Of a DNA stretch of 64,000 nucleotides, positions 1 through 9,173 are shown piece after piece (the first letter of the stretch is position 1; each line of letters starts with the position of its first letter). The notes under the pieces are model-generated. The model saw only the letters and a program-made list of their open reading frames with translations. It was not told the origin of the DNA and ran no database searches. The DNA comes from an uncultured Gemmatimonadales bacterium (lineage in GTDB: Bacteria > Gemmatimonadota > Gemmatimonadetes > Longimicrobiales > RSA9): NCBI GenBank assembly GCA_963783305.1, contig CAWAMW010000016.1:544001-608000 (forward strand), read 5' to 3'. Made by a program: the position numbers and the translations under genes.

Positions 1-49
1 GCTCGCGCAGCACGGCTTCGGCCGTGGTTTTTGTGCTGATGCGCTTCAT
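1..49 (-). CDS. probable 5' end of a gene running off the left edge (MKRISTKTTAEAVLRE...)
   Basis: ATG at 49-47 on minus, open to the window edge; upstream sigma70-like TTGACG-N18-CATTCT at 114-85. Confidence 0.35.
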   Translation of the reverse strand, partial: MKRISTKTTAEAVLRE

Positions 50-136
50 CGATGTGCCGGTTGGCGGGGAGAGTGCGACACGGCAGAATGCGGCGGACCG
101 GCCCCGCGCGTCAAGTCGGCGGCCCAACAGGGGCGA

Positions 137-165
137 TTGCAGGCGGCCACGACCGCGTCTACCTT
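137..165 (+). promoter_or_regulatory. sigma70-like promoter
   Basis: TTGCAG-N17-TACCTT upstream of ATG 209. Confidence 0.5.
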
Positions 166-208
166 CGCCACGGTGAGACCCGCTCCGACCGCCCTGGATG
201 AACCGATC

Positions 209-1390
209 ATGACCGACACAACGCCCCACCCTCCGAGCCGCGGCTCGACCCACGGCCCCTCGACGTCGGGCATCCATGCGGCCGCCCCCGACCGTGAGCC
301 TGGCTCGCCCGTGGTACCCCCCCTCGTGGCCAGCTCGACGTACTTCAATTCACCTGGGTCGCAGGGAGAGGTGCTCTACGGCCGGTATGCCAATAGCGAC
401 GCGCACCGGCGGGTCGGCGCCAGAATCGCGGCGCTCGAGGACGCGGAGGCCGGCCTCGTCTGCGGCAGTGGCATGGCCGCCATTTCCCTCGCGGTGCTCA
501 CGTTCGCCGGGTCCGGCGACCACATCGTGGCCGCCCGCTCCCTCTACGGCGGCACCCGCACCCTCCTGGATCGTGAGCTCCCGCGACTCGGAATCCGGAC
601 CACGTTCGTGGACGCGGACGCCGACTGGGGCGCGGCGATCCTGCCGGAGACGCGAGTGCTGTACCTGGAGGTGCCGGTGAACCCGACCCTCCGCGTGCCC
701 GACATCCGGCCCGTGGCGCGAGCGGCGAGGAATGCCGGCGTGCCACTGATCGTGGACGCGACCTTTGCCACCCCCATCAATTTCCGTCCCCTCGAGCACG
801 GCGCAGACCTGGTCGTCCACAGCGCCACAAAGTATCTCGGGGGCCACTCCGATCTGGTGGCCGGCGCTCTCGCGGGCCGCGCCGAGACGATCGAAGTGGC
901 GAGAGAGCGCCTGAAGTCGTTCGGGCCGAGCCTGGACCCGCACCCCCTCTGGCTCCTGGAGCGCGGGCTCAAGACCCTGGCCGTGCGCGTCCGGCAGCAG
1001 AACAGGAGCGCGCACAAGCTCGCGAGCTGGCTCGCCGGACACCCAGCGGTCGAGCGCGTCCACTACCCCGGACTGCTCGACCACCCCGACGCCGCTGTCG
1101 CCGCGGAGCTGTTCGACGGGTTCGGCGGGATGCTGGGATTCGTCGTCCGCGGGGGGGACGCGGCCGCCAGTCGTGTCATGAGCCGGTTCGCCCTCATCGC
1201 CATGGCTCCCAGCCTCGGGGGTGTGGAGTCCCTGGCTTCGATGCCCCGTTTCACCTCCCACGCAGCCATGTCCGCCGAGGAGCGCCATGCCGCCGGGATC
1301 GCCGATGGATTCATCCGCCTGTCCGTCGGCATCGAGGACGAGCCGGACCTCCGGGCCGACCTCCAGCGGGCGCTGGAGGAGGGGGGCTGA
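209..1390 (+). CDS. Cys/Met metabolism PLP-dependent enzyme (cystathionine/methionine gamma-lyase family)
   Basis: YGRY, SGMAAI, DATFATP, HSATKYLGGHSD (PLP Lys), SLGGVESL, IRLSVGIED; start trimmed to ATG 209. Confidence 0.9.
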   Translation: MTDTTPHPPSRGSTHGPSTSGIHAAAPDREPGSPVVPPLVASSTYFNSPGSQGEVLYGRYANSDAHRRVGARIAALEDAEAGLVCGSGMAAISLAVLTFAGSGDHIVAARSLYGGTRTLLDRELPRLGIRTTFVDADADWGAAILPETRVLYLEVPVNPTLRVPDIRPVARAARNAGVPLIVDATFATPINFRPLEHGADLVVHSATKYLGGHSDLVAGALAGRAETIEVARERLKSFGPSLDPHPLWLLERGLKTLAVRVRQQNRSAHKLASWLAGHPAVERVHYPGLLDHPDAAVAAELFDGFGGMLGFVVRGGDAAASRVMSRFALIAMAPSLGGVESLASMPRFTSHAAMSAEERHAAGIADGFIRLSVGIEDEPDLRADLQRALEEGG

Positions 1391-1406
1391 CTCGCTCCCG
1401 GGATCC

Positions 1407-3767
1407 GTGCGCAAGCTCCTCGTTGCTCTTCTCGTCCTTCTCGGCACTGCCGGGCTCCTCGTCGCGGCCGCCGTGCTCTATCTCCACTCCGCGGAGGTCG
1501 AGCGAGATGGAGCCATCGCCGCGGTCGGGCTGACCGCACCCGCCGAGGTCCTCTGGACGCCCCATGGCGTCCCCCACGTCTGGGCCGCCTCCACCCGCGA
1601 CGCCGTCTTCACACAGGGCTTCCTGCACGCCCGGGACCGGCTCTGGCAGATGGACCTGGTGCGCCGTGCCGTGGAGGGCCGCCTGTCCGAGGTGATGGGG
1701 GCCGCCGCCCTCGAAACTGACCGGTTCATGCGACGGCTCGGGCTCTGGGACGCCGCCCGCTCGGGCGTGCCGCTCCTGACCGCCGCCGAGCGCGATCTCA
1801 TGCAGGCGTATGCCGACGGCGTGAACGCCGCCCTCCAGTCGCGGGATGGCGCCCTTCCGCCCGAGTTCCTCGCCCTGCGCTACAGCCCCGAGCCGTGGCG
1901 CATCGAGCATACGCTGGCCGTGGGCAAGATGATGTCCCTCACACTGGCCGCGTACGGCGAGTCCGTTTCCGTGGCAAGGGCGCTCCGCCGGATCGAGCCG
2001 GACCGCGTCCCGTGGCTCTTCCCGGACTTCCCGGAATGGGGCGCCACCATCCTCTCCAACGGGCTGCCCGAGCCGCCCGCCACCCCCGCGCTGGCCGCCG
2101 CTCTCATCGACCGATACAGTGTGGCGGCCGCGTCCAACTCGTGGGTCGTGCACGGGAGCTTGACCCGCTCCGGTCGGCCCCTCCTCGCCAACGACATGCA
2201 CCTCGAGCTCCAGGCCCCGGCGCTCTGGTATCTCGTGGCCCTCCACGCCCCGGCCGCCGCGGGTCAACCGGCGCTGGACGTGGTCGGCGTCAGCATTCCC
2301 GGCGCTCCGTTCGTGATCACCGGCCGCAACCGCGCTGTCTCCTGGGGCATGACCAACGCGTACGTCGACGACGTCGACCTCTTCATGGAGCGCGTCGACC
2401 CCGCCGATTCCACTCGGTATCTCACCCCGGACGGCAGTCGGCCGTTTGAGGTGGTTGCCGAGACCATTCAGGTGAAGGGGCGGGAAGCGCCGGAGATCCT
2501 GAAAGTGAGAAGGACTCGGCACGGGCCGATTCTTCCGACCTCCACGGACGCCTCGGGGGACACCCTGCTGGCGCTCCAGTGGACGGCCCTCACGCCCGGC
2601 GGCACCGGCGTACGGGGGGTCATGGGCTTCAACCTGTCCCACGACTGGGACTCCTTCGCCGCGGCCGTGGACGACATGGAGGACCCGCACCAGAATCTGG
2701 TCTACGCCGACACTGCCGGGCACATCGGCTACATCATGGGCGGCTCCGTGCCGATCCGTGGCGAACGGAGCAATGCCACGGTCGCGCCACAGCCCGGCTG
2801 GACCGGTGAGCACGACTGGCACGGTACTCTCCCGTTCGAGGAGCATCCTCGCGCGCTGGATCCCCCGGAAGGGTTCATCGTCACCGCCAACAACCGGCAG
2901 GTCGCGGGACCCCTCGCCGGGATCATCAGCCAGACCTGGAATGAGCCCTTCCGCGCGCTGCGGATCGCCGAGATGATCCGCGAGGGGCCGCCGCCCTACG
3001 ACAGCGACGCCATGCTGCGTATGCAGATGGACGTACTGGACCTCCAGGCCCGGCGCTACGTCGACCGGGCGGTTGAAGCCGCGGTCACCGCGGAGCTACA
3101 CGAAGCCGCGGAGCTCCTCGGCCAGTGGGATCTCTCGGCCAGCGGAGATTCCCGCGCTGCCGCCATCTTCTACGCCTGGAACGAGATCCTGCGCCGATCG
3201 CTCGCACGGGATCTCTACCGCGGCGATTCCGCGTACTTCCCCCGCACTACGGTCAGCGCCGTGCTCGACCGCCGCGCCATTCCGTGGGCTGAGGACCCGG
3301 AGCGCAGCTACCGTGCACTCGCCTCCGACGCCATGCGGGGCGCGGTCGAGGCGGCCGGCGGACGGCGCTGGAGCGACGCCAATCGCGCGGTCCACAGCCA
3401 CGCCCTCGGCGACGTGAAGATCCTGGACTGGCTGCTCGGACTCGATATCGGGCCGTTCCCTCACTATGGCTCACCATCCACCGTGAACGTCGCCCACTGG
3501 GCCTTCCGGTCCCCCGCGTCGGACTTCCCGTTCACCACCACCGCCGGCCCCAGCATGCGCCAGGTCATCGACATGGGGAACACCGAGGGCGCCGGCGGGT
3601 TCGTCATCCCCACGGGACAGAGCGGCCTCCCCTTCAGCCCGCGGTACGACGACCAGCTTCCACTGTGGCGGGAGGGCGAGCTGCTGACCCTGCCCCTGGA
3701 GCGGTCGGCCGTGGAAGCCATGGCCGAGCATCGAATGACACTGGAGCCCCACACGAGGGATGATTGA
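1407..3767 (+). CDS. membrane-anchored penicillin acylase family (S45) Ntn hydrolase
   Basis: N-terminal TM, GVPHV, QGFLHARDRLWQMD, catalytic SNSW, LANDMHL, GQSG; GTG start at 1407. Confidence 0.9.
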   Translation: MRKLLVALLVLLGTAGLLVAAAVLYLHSAEVERDGAIAAVGLTAPAEVLWTPHGVPHVWAASTRDAVFTQGFLHARDRLWQMDLVRRAVEGRLSEVMGAAALETDRFMRRLGLWDAARSGVPLLTAAERDLMQAYADGVNAALQSRDGALPPEFLALRYSPEPWRIEHTLAVGKMMSLTLAAYGESVSVARALRRIEPDRVPWLFPDFPEWGATILSNGLPEPPATPALAAALIDRYSVAAASNSWVVHGSLTRSGRPLLANDMHLELQAPALWYLVALHAPAAAGQPALDVVGVSIPGAPFVITGRNRAVSWGMTNAYVDDVDLFMERVDPADSTRYLTPDGSRPFEVVAETIQVKGREAPEILKVRRTRHGPILPTSTDASGDTLLALQWTALTPGGTGVRGVMGFNLSHDWDSFAAAVDDMEDPHQNLVYADTAGHIGYIMGGSVPIRGERSNATVAPQPGWTGEHDWHGTLPFEEHPRALDPPEGFIVTANNRQVAGPLAGIISQTWNEPFRALRIAEMIREGPPPYDSDAMLRMQMDVLDLQARRYVDRAVEAAVTAELHEAAELLGQWDLSASGDSRAAAIFYAWNEILRRSLARDLYRGDSAYFPRTTVSAVLDRRAIPWAEDPERSYRALASDAMRGAVEAAGGRRWSDANRAVHSHALGDVKILDWLLGLDIGPFPHYGSPSTVNVAHWAFRSPASDFPFTTTAGPSMRQVIDMGNTEGAGGFVIPTGQSGLPFSPRYDDQLPLWREGELLTLPLERSAVEAMAEHRMTLEPHTRDD

Positions 3768-4851
3768 AGATACGCTCGACCTGGCCATCGTTGGCGCCGG
3801 CCCCTGTGGTCTCAGCGCCGCCGTGGCCGCCGCTCAGGCAGGACTGACCGCCGCCGTGTTCGACAAGGGCTGCCTGGCCCGCTCCATCACCCTGTATCCC
3901 ACCTACGCCACCTTCTTCAGTACGGCCGAGCGACTTGAGATCGGCGACATGCCCTTCATCACGCCGGGGGACAAACCGACCCGCATGGACGCACTCAAGT
4001 ACTACCGGCGCGTGGCGGTAGAGTACGAGCTGGATGTGCGTCAGTACGAGGAGGTGCTCTCCATCGCGGGCGCGAAAGACCAGTTCGTCCTCGAGACCCG
4101 TGGCCGCGGACGTGACCGCCAGGTGCGGGCGCGGAACGTCCTCTTTGCCACCGGCTACGCGGGACAGCCCAACCTCATCGGCATCCCGGGCGAGGAGCTG
4201 TCGAAGGTGCACCACTACTTTACCGAAGCCCACCCCTATTTCGATCAGGACGTGGTGGTGATCGGGGCCGGCAACTCCGCGGTGGAGGCCGCGCTGGACT
4301 GCTATCGCGCCGGCGCCCGCGTGACGCTCGTCCACTTCCTCGACCACCTCGACCGCGGCGTCAAGCCGTGGATCCTGCCGGATATCGAGAATCGGCTGAA
4401 GAACGGCGAGATCGAGGGGCTCTGGAATACCCACGTCATCGAGATCCTTCCCGACCGGATCCGGATCCGCGACGATGCGTCGGGTGAGGAGTCGGAGCTC
4501 GAGAACGATTTCGTCCTCGCCATGACTGGCTATCGGCCGGACCCGACACTCCTCGCGGGTGTGGGCGTCACCATCGGCGGCGACACCGGGATTCCGGCGC
4601 ACGACCCGGAGACGATGGAGACGGACGTCCCCGGAATATTCGTCGCTGGCGTTCTGGCGGCGGGGAACCGCCCCGACAAGGTCTTCATCGAGGACGGCCG
4701 CCACCACGGGCCGCTCACGGTCCGGCAGATCCTGAGGGAGCGGGACCAGCGGCCGAGATCTCCGATATCGCTGGGCGTTCCGCCGAGCGTCCGGGCGCAG
4801 GATCCGGAGGCGGACGGGATCCGGCAGGAGGGCCCCCCGTCGCCGCGTTGA
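3760..4851 (+). CDS. ypdA: YpdA family putative bacillithiol disulfide reductase
   Basis: GAGPCG, YPT..TFFST.ERLEIG, YYRRV, HYFTEAHPY, GNSA, VKPWILP, FIEDGR.HG. Confidence 0.85.
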   Translation: MIEDTLDLAIVGAGPCGLSAAVAAAQAGLTAAVFDKGCLARSITLYPTYATFFSTAERLEIGDMPFITPGDKPTRMDALKYYRRVAVEYELDVRQYEEVLSIAGAKDQFVLETRGRGRDRQVRARNVLFATGYAGQPNLIGIPGEELSKVHHYFTEAHPYFDQDVVVIGAGNSAVEAALDCYRAGARVTLVHFLDHLDRGVKPWILPDIENRLKNGEIEGLWNTHVIEILPDRIRIRDDASGEESELENDFVLAMTGYRPDPTLLAGVGVTIGGDTGIPAHDPETMETDVPGIFVAGVLAAGNRPDKVFIEDGRHHGPLTVRQILRERDQRPRSPISLGVPPSVRAQDPEADGIRQEGPPSPR

Positions 4852-4877
4852 CGCTGCCGTTATCATCCCCCTAGCTT
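4848..4877 (+). promoter_or_regulatory. sigma70-like promoter
   Basis: TTGACG-N18-TAGCTT upstream of pruA. Confidence 0.4.
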
Positions 4878-4932
4878 TCCCGTTGGCCACGCGGAGAACT
4901 TCCTGGGTGCACTCATAGAGAAGGGCTGGATC

Positions 4933-6528
4933 ATGGCGACACAGACCAAGCTTCCGGTGGGGATCGAGGGTTTCAGCAACGAGCCGTACGAAGACTGGAA
5001 CGACGCGGACAATGTGCGTCGGATGGAGGCCGCACTGGAGAAGGTCCGCTCCGAGCTGGGGCAGACCTATCCGCTCATCGTGGATGGTGATGAGATCCAC
5101 GAGGGCGACGTGAAGGAGTCCATCAATCCGGCGAACCCGTCCCAGGTGATCGGGCGCTTCGTCCAGGCCGACCGGGCGCAGGGCGACCGCGCGGTCGACG
5201 CCGCCCACGAGTTCTTCACCAGCGAGTGGAGCCGCACGTCCGCCGAGGAGCGTGGCCGCATCTTCATGCGCGCCGCCGACATCATGCGCGAGCGGAAGCT
5301 CGAGCTCGCCGCGTGGATGGTCTTCGAGGTATCGAAGAGCTGGACGGAGGCCGTCGCCGACGCCGCCGAGCTCATCGATTTCGTCGACTATTACGCCCGC
5401 AAGATGCTCGAGCTCTCCGGTGAGCAGGAGGTCGTTCCGTTTCCCGGCGAGAACAACGAGCTGATCTACGTGCCGCTCGGCGTCGTGCTGGTGATCCCGC
5501 CGTGGAACTTCCCGGCCGCCATCATGGGCGGGATGAGCAGCGCCGCTCTGGTCACCGGCAACACGGTGGTGCTCAAGCCGGCCTCCACGGCCCCGGCCAT
5601 CGCCTGGCAGTTCGTCAAGATCCTGCACGAGGCCGGGGTGCCCAGGAAGGCGATCAGCTTTCTGCCGGGCCCGGGCAGCCAGATCGGCGACTCCCTCGTC
5701 GATCATCCGAAGACCCGCATGATTGCCTTCACTGGCTCCAAGGAGGTGGGGCTCCGCATCTTCGAGCGCGCCTCGAAGGTCAGTCCCGGCCAGATCTGGC
5801 TCAAGCGCACCATTCTGGAGATGGGCGGCAAGGACGCCCAGATCGTGGACGAGACCGCCGACCTCGACGCCGCGGCCGACGCAATCGTCGCCGGGGCCTT
5901 CGGGTTCCAGGGCCAGAAGTGTTCGGCGTGCTCCCGCGCCATCGTCGTCGAGGCCGTCTACGACGAGGTGCTGGAGAAGGCCGTGGCGAAGGCGAAAGAG
6001 TTGACGCAGGGCGACACGACCCGGAAGGGGACCTTCATGGGCGCCGTGATCGACAAGAGCGCGTTCCGGAGCATCCGCGAGTACATCGAGATCGGGAAGA
6101 AGGAAGGGCGCCTGGTGCTCGGCGGTGACGTGGATGAGTCCAGGGAGGGATACTTCATTCCCCCCACGATCATTGCCGATGTGGACCCGGACGCCCGGAT
6201 CGCGCAGGAAGAGATCTTCGGTCCCGTGGTCGCGTTCATCAAGGCCCGCGACTTCGATCACGCGCTGGAGATCGCCAATGGCACCGAGTACGGCCTCACC
6301 GGCGGCGTCTTCTCCTGCTCCCGTGAGCGCCTCGAGCGTGCGAAGAAGGAGTTCCAGGTCGGGAACCTGTACTTCAACCGAAAGATCACGGGCGCCCTCG
6401 TGGGCGTTCAGCCCTTCGGCGGCTTCAACATGAGCGGCACCAACTCCAAGGCCGGTGGCCCGGACTACCTGCTGCTGTTCACGCAAGCCAAGGCGGTCGC
6501 CGAGCGCAAGCGCGACGACGTCAGCTGA
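4933..6528 (+). CDS. pruA: L-glutamate gamma-semialdehyde (P5C) dehydrogenase
   Basis: FSNEP, PPWNFP, FTGSKEVG, EMGGKD, GQKCSACSR, EEIFGP, QPFGGFNMSGT..KAGGPDYL. Confidence 0.9.
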   Translation: MATQTKLPVGIEGFSNEPYEDWNDADNVRRMEAALEKVRSELGQTYPLIVDGDEIHEGDVKESINPANPSQVIGRFVQADRAQGDRAVDAAHEFFTSEWSRTSAEERGRIFMRAADIMRERKLELAAWMVFEVSKSWTEAVADAAELIDFVDYYARKMLELSGEQEVVPFPGENNELIYVPLGVVLVIPPWNFPAAIMGGMSSAALVTGNTVVLKPASTAPAIAWQFVKILHEAGVPRKAISFLPGPGSQIGDSLVDHPKTRMIAFTGSKEVGLRIFERASKVSPGQIWLKRTILEMGGKDAQIVDETADLDAAADAIVAGAFGFQGQKCSACSRAIVVEAVYDEVLEKAVAKAKELTQGDTTRKGTFMGAVIDKSAFRSIREYIEIGKKEGRLVLGGDVDESREGYFIPPTIIADVDPDARIAQEEIFGPVVAFIKARDFDHALEIANGTEYGLTGGVFSCSRERLERAKKEFQVGNLYFNRKITGALVGVQPFGGFNMSGTNSKAGGPDYLLLFTQAKAVAERKRDDVS

Positions 6529-6668
6529 CGCGCTACACGCCAACGAACGCGGGACAGCCCGTGGACCGGGACCCGGTGCCGCACAGCGGTGCCGGGAACT
6601 CTCGGCACCCGGTGGGTAGAATCCTCAGGCAATCCGACGGGCGGGCGGATCAACACGAAGGAGCCGGT

Positions 6669-6899
6669 ATGCAGCCGCGGGAACAGATCCTGGAGGTGCT
6701 GGAGTCGATCCGGCCCGCCCTTCACAGTGACGGGGGAGATGTCGAGTTCATCGACTTCGACGCCGCGGCCGGCGTGCTCCAGCTGCGGTTCCTCGGCGCG
6801 TGCGGCGACTGCCCCATCTCCGAGGTGACCCTCCGCCAGGGCATCGAGCGACGAATCCTGTCGGCGGTCCCCGAGGTACGCGAGGTGCGCGCCTTCTGA
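6669..6899 (+). CDS. nfu: NifU C-terminal (Nfu) Fe-S carrier protein
   Basis: IRPALHSDGGDVE, GACGDC (CxxC), TLRQGIE; AAGGAG RBS before ATG 6669. Confidence 0.88.
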   Translation: MQPREQILEVLESIRPALHSDGGDVEFIDFDAAAGVLQLRFLGACGDCPISEVTLRQGIERRILSAVPEVREVRAF

Positions 6900-6935
6900 G
6901 GGCCGCGCGTGTGCTGAACTGAGTCGAGTACGGAT

Positions 6936-6972
6936 GCGGCCGGCGACCTCTCGGGGACGCCGGCCGTTCTTC
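6936..6972 (+). terminator. GC-rich hairpin with short pyrimidine tail between nfu and mrp
   Basis: GCGGCCGGCG...CGCCGGCCGT followed by TCTTC. Confidence 0.35.
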
Positions 6973-7003
6973 ACATACACACACTGAACCACAGAGTCAG
7001 ACC

Positions 7004-8113
7004 ATGAACGCGAGTCTCGAAACAAGGGTCAGGGCGGCCCTCGACGGGGTGATCAGCCCCGCCACCGGCCAGAGCGTGCTGGTGAACCAGATCGAGGAGC
7101 TGACCATCGCCGAAGGCGTGGTTTCTTTCGGCTTCGCACTCGGCGCGGAGGACCCCGGCACCCTGGTGAGGGATACCCGGGCGGCGGTGGAATCCGTGGA
7201 GGGGGTGGAGCGGGTCAAGATCGACGTTCGCCTCCCGCAGACCATGCAGGCGCAGGCTCAGAACCAGCGGCAGGCGCCCCAGCGGCAGAAGGCACCGGGC
7301 TCGGTTCCCGCCCCCACACCCAAGGCGGGACTCCTGCCCGGTGTGGAGCACTTCATCGCCGTGAGCTCCGGCAAGGGCGGGGTGGGGAAGTCCACCGTCG
7401 CCGCCAATCTCGCCGTCGCGCTCGCGAAAGAGGGCAGGACCGTGGGGCTCCTGGATGCCGATATCTACGGCCCCAACATCCCAATCATGTTCGGCGAGAA
7501 GCGACGCCCGCAGGTGACCGGCGCGAAGGGGCAGGAACGGATCGTCCCCCTCCAGGCGCACGGGGTGAAGCTCATGAGCCTCGGGTTCCTGCTGGAGGAG
7601 GAGCAGCCGGCGATCATGCGGGGTCCGCTCGTCACGGGCGTGCTGAAGCAGTTCCTGGAGCAGGTGGAGTGGGGCGATCTGGATGTGCTGGTCATCGACC
7701 TGCCCCCCGGCACCGGCGACGCCCAGCTGTCTCTCGTTCAGACCATCGACCTGGACGGCGCGGTGATGGTCACCACCCCACAGGACGTGTCCACCGGGGA
7801 CGTGCGACGGGCGATCCGGATGTTCGAGCGGGTCAACACGGATGTACTCGGGATCATCGAAAACATGAGTGGCTTCGTCTGTCCCGGCTGTGGGGATCGG
7901 CACGAGATCTTCGGCTCGGGCGGCGGCAGGACGCTGGCGGAGACGATGGATGTGGCCTTCCTCGGAGAGGTGCCGCTGGATACCGCCGTGCGGACGGCCG
8001 GCGATACCGGCCAACCCACCGCGCTGTCCGCTCCGGACTCTCCCGCCGGTCGCGCGTTCAACGAGATCGCCGCGCGCATCCTCCGCCTCGTGGAGGAGGG
8101 CGTCACGGTGTGA
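7004..8113 (+). CDS. mrp: Mrp/NBP35 (ApbC) Fe-S cluster carrier ATPase
   Basis: SGKGGVGKST, DADIYGP, DLPPGTGD, ENMS..CPGC. Confidence 0.92.
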   Translation: MNASLETRVRAALDGVISPATGQSVLVNQIEELTIAEGVVSFGFALGAEDPGTLVRDTRAAVESVEGVERVKIDVRLPQTMQAQAQNQRQAPQRQKAPGSVPAPTPKAGLLPGVEHFIAVSSGKGGVGKSTVAANLAVALAKEGRTVGLLDADIYGPNIPIMFGEKRRPQVTGAKGQERIVPLQAHGVKLMSLGFLLEEEQPAIMRGPLVTGVLKQFLEQVEWGDLDVLVIDLPPGTGDAQLSLVQTIDLDGAVMVTTPQDVSTGDVRRAIRMFERVNTDVLGIIENMSGFVCPGCGDRHEIFGSGGGRTLAETMDVAFLGEVPLDTAVRTAGDTGQPTALSAPDSPAGRAFNEIAARILRLVEEGVTV

Positions 8114-8886
8114 GCGCACCGCGTGTAACGCTCCTCACCGATTTCGGAACCCAGGACGGCTACGCCGCGGCGATGGCGGGAGTCATCGCCGCGGCGGCTC
8201 CCGGTTCGATCATCGACCACGCCAGCCACGACATCCCCCAGGGCGATATCCTCGGCGCCAGCCTCACGCTCTCACGCTACGCATTCCTATATCCGGCAGG
8301 CACCGTGCACCTGGTGGTGGTGGATCCGGGTGTCGGTACAGGTCGGCGTGCCCTGGCAGCGGCCGCCGGGGGGCGGCTCTTCGTGGCACCGGACAACGGG
8401 GTGCTCACGCGTGTGATTCGCCACACCGGTGACGTACGTCTGGTCCGGCTGGACCGCCCCCCCATGGCCACCGACCCGAGCATTTCCGCCACCTTCCACG
8501 GACGCGACGTCTTCGCGCCGGCGGCCGGGCGTCTCGCATCCGGTGCACCCCTGGAAGCGCTGGGTGCAGCCACCGAGAACCCCGTCCTCCTCCCCCACCC
8601 AGAGCCGACGCGGAATGGGGCCTCGGTGGCGGGGGAGGTGATCCAGGTGGACCGCTTCGGCAATCTGATCACCAACATTCCACGGGACTGCCTCGCCCAG
8701 ACGGCGCGCGTCTCCGTAGAGGGGCGGTACGTGGGTCCGCTCCGGCGCACTTACGGCGACGTGGAGCAGGGGGCGTTGGTGGCGCTCGTGGGCTCTCTGG
8801 GGCTGCTCGAGGTGTCGGTACGAGACGGCAGCGCCGCGGCTCGACTGGACGTCGGCCGCGGCGCTGCAGTCACCGTCGGAGGCTGA
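8110..8886 (+). CDS. SAM hydroxide adenosyltransferase / chlorinase-fluorinase family (DUF62)
   Basis: TLLTDFG, VVDPGVGTGRR, APDNG, TFHGRDVFAP, DRFGNLITN; GTG overlaps the mrp stop. Confidence 0.88.
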   Translation: MSAPRVTLLTDFGTQDGYAAAMAGVIAAAAPGSIIDHASHDIPQGDILGASLTLSRYAFLYPAGTVHLVVVDPGVGTGRRALAAAAGGRLFVAPDNGVLTRVIRHTGDVRLVRLDRPPMATDPSISATFHGRDVFAPAAGRLASGAPLEALGAATENPVLLPHPEPTRNGASVAGEVIQVDRFGNLITNIPRDCLAQTARVSVEGRYVGPLRRTYGDVEQGALVALVGSLGLLEVSVRDGSAAARLDVGRGAAVTVGG

Positions 8887-8931
8887 CCGGCATCCGCTCA
8901 GCGGAAAGCCATTTGAACGAGTGGGACGTCC

Positions 8932-9159
8932 TCAGCTCTCCAGCCAGTCCCGGTCCGCCTGCGTGAGGCGCCGCCGCCGCGGCGCGAACAGGCGCATCGC
9001 CACGTATCCGATCAGTGCGAGAGGCGCCACAGTGAAGAGCAGGAACTTCGCGAGGCCGAGCGCCAGCCCGAACACCGCACCCACCAGGGCCAGCACGATG
9101 GAGATCCCCACCACGGCCACGAGGCCCACGATCACGAAGGTCAGCAGAGATGACAGCAT
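8932..9159 (-). CDS. small two-TM membrane protein (75 aa), last gene of the ECF operon
   Basis: GAGGAGGA RBS; hydrophobic MLSSLLTFVIVG...; charged C-tail. Confidence 0.7.
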   Translation of the reverse strand: MLSSLLTFVIVGLVAVVGISIVLALVGAVFGLALGLAKFLLFTVAPLALIGYVAMRLFAPRRRRLTQADRDWLES

Positions 9160-9173
9160 AATTCCTCCTCGTT

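Noticed and set aside
11..33. Hairpin CACGGC-TTCG-GCCGTG plus T run resembling a terminator
   Set aside because: It lies within a probable minus-strand CDS start, and upstream context is missing.
3634..6543. 969-aa antisense ORF, and similar ones at 31833-34622, 59704-62337, 23807-25597 and 26651-28561
   Set aside because: These are shadows of well-supported genes, caused by high-GC codon bias; no family motifs.
8110..8886. Fluorinase/chlorinase natural-product cluster
   Set aside because: It has hydrolase-type DUF62 motifs and no biosynthetic neighbours.
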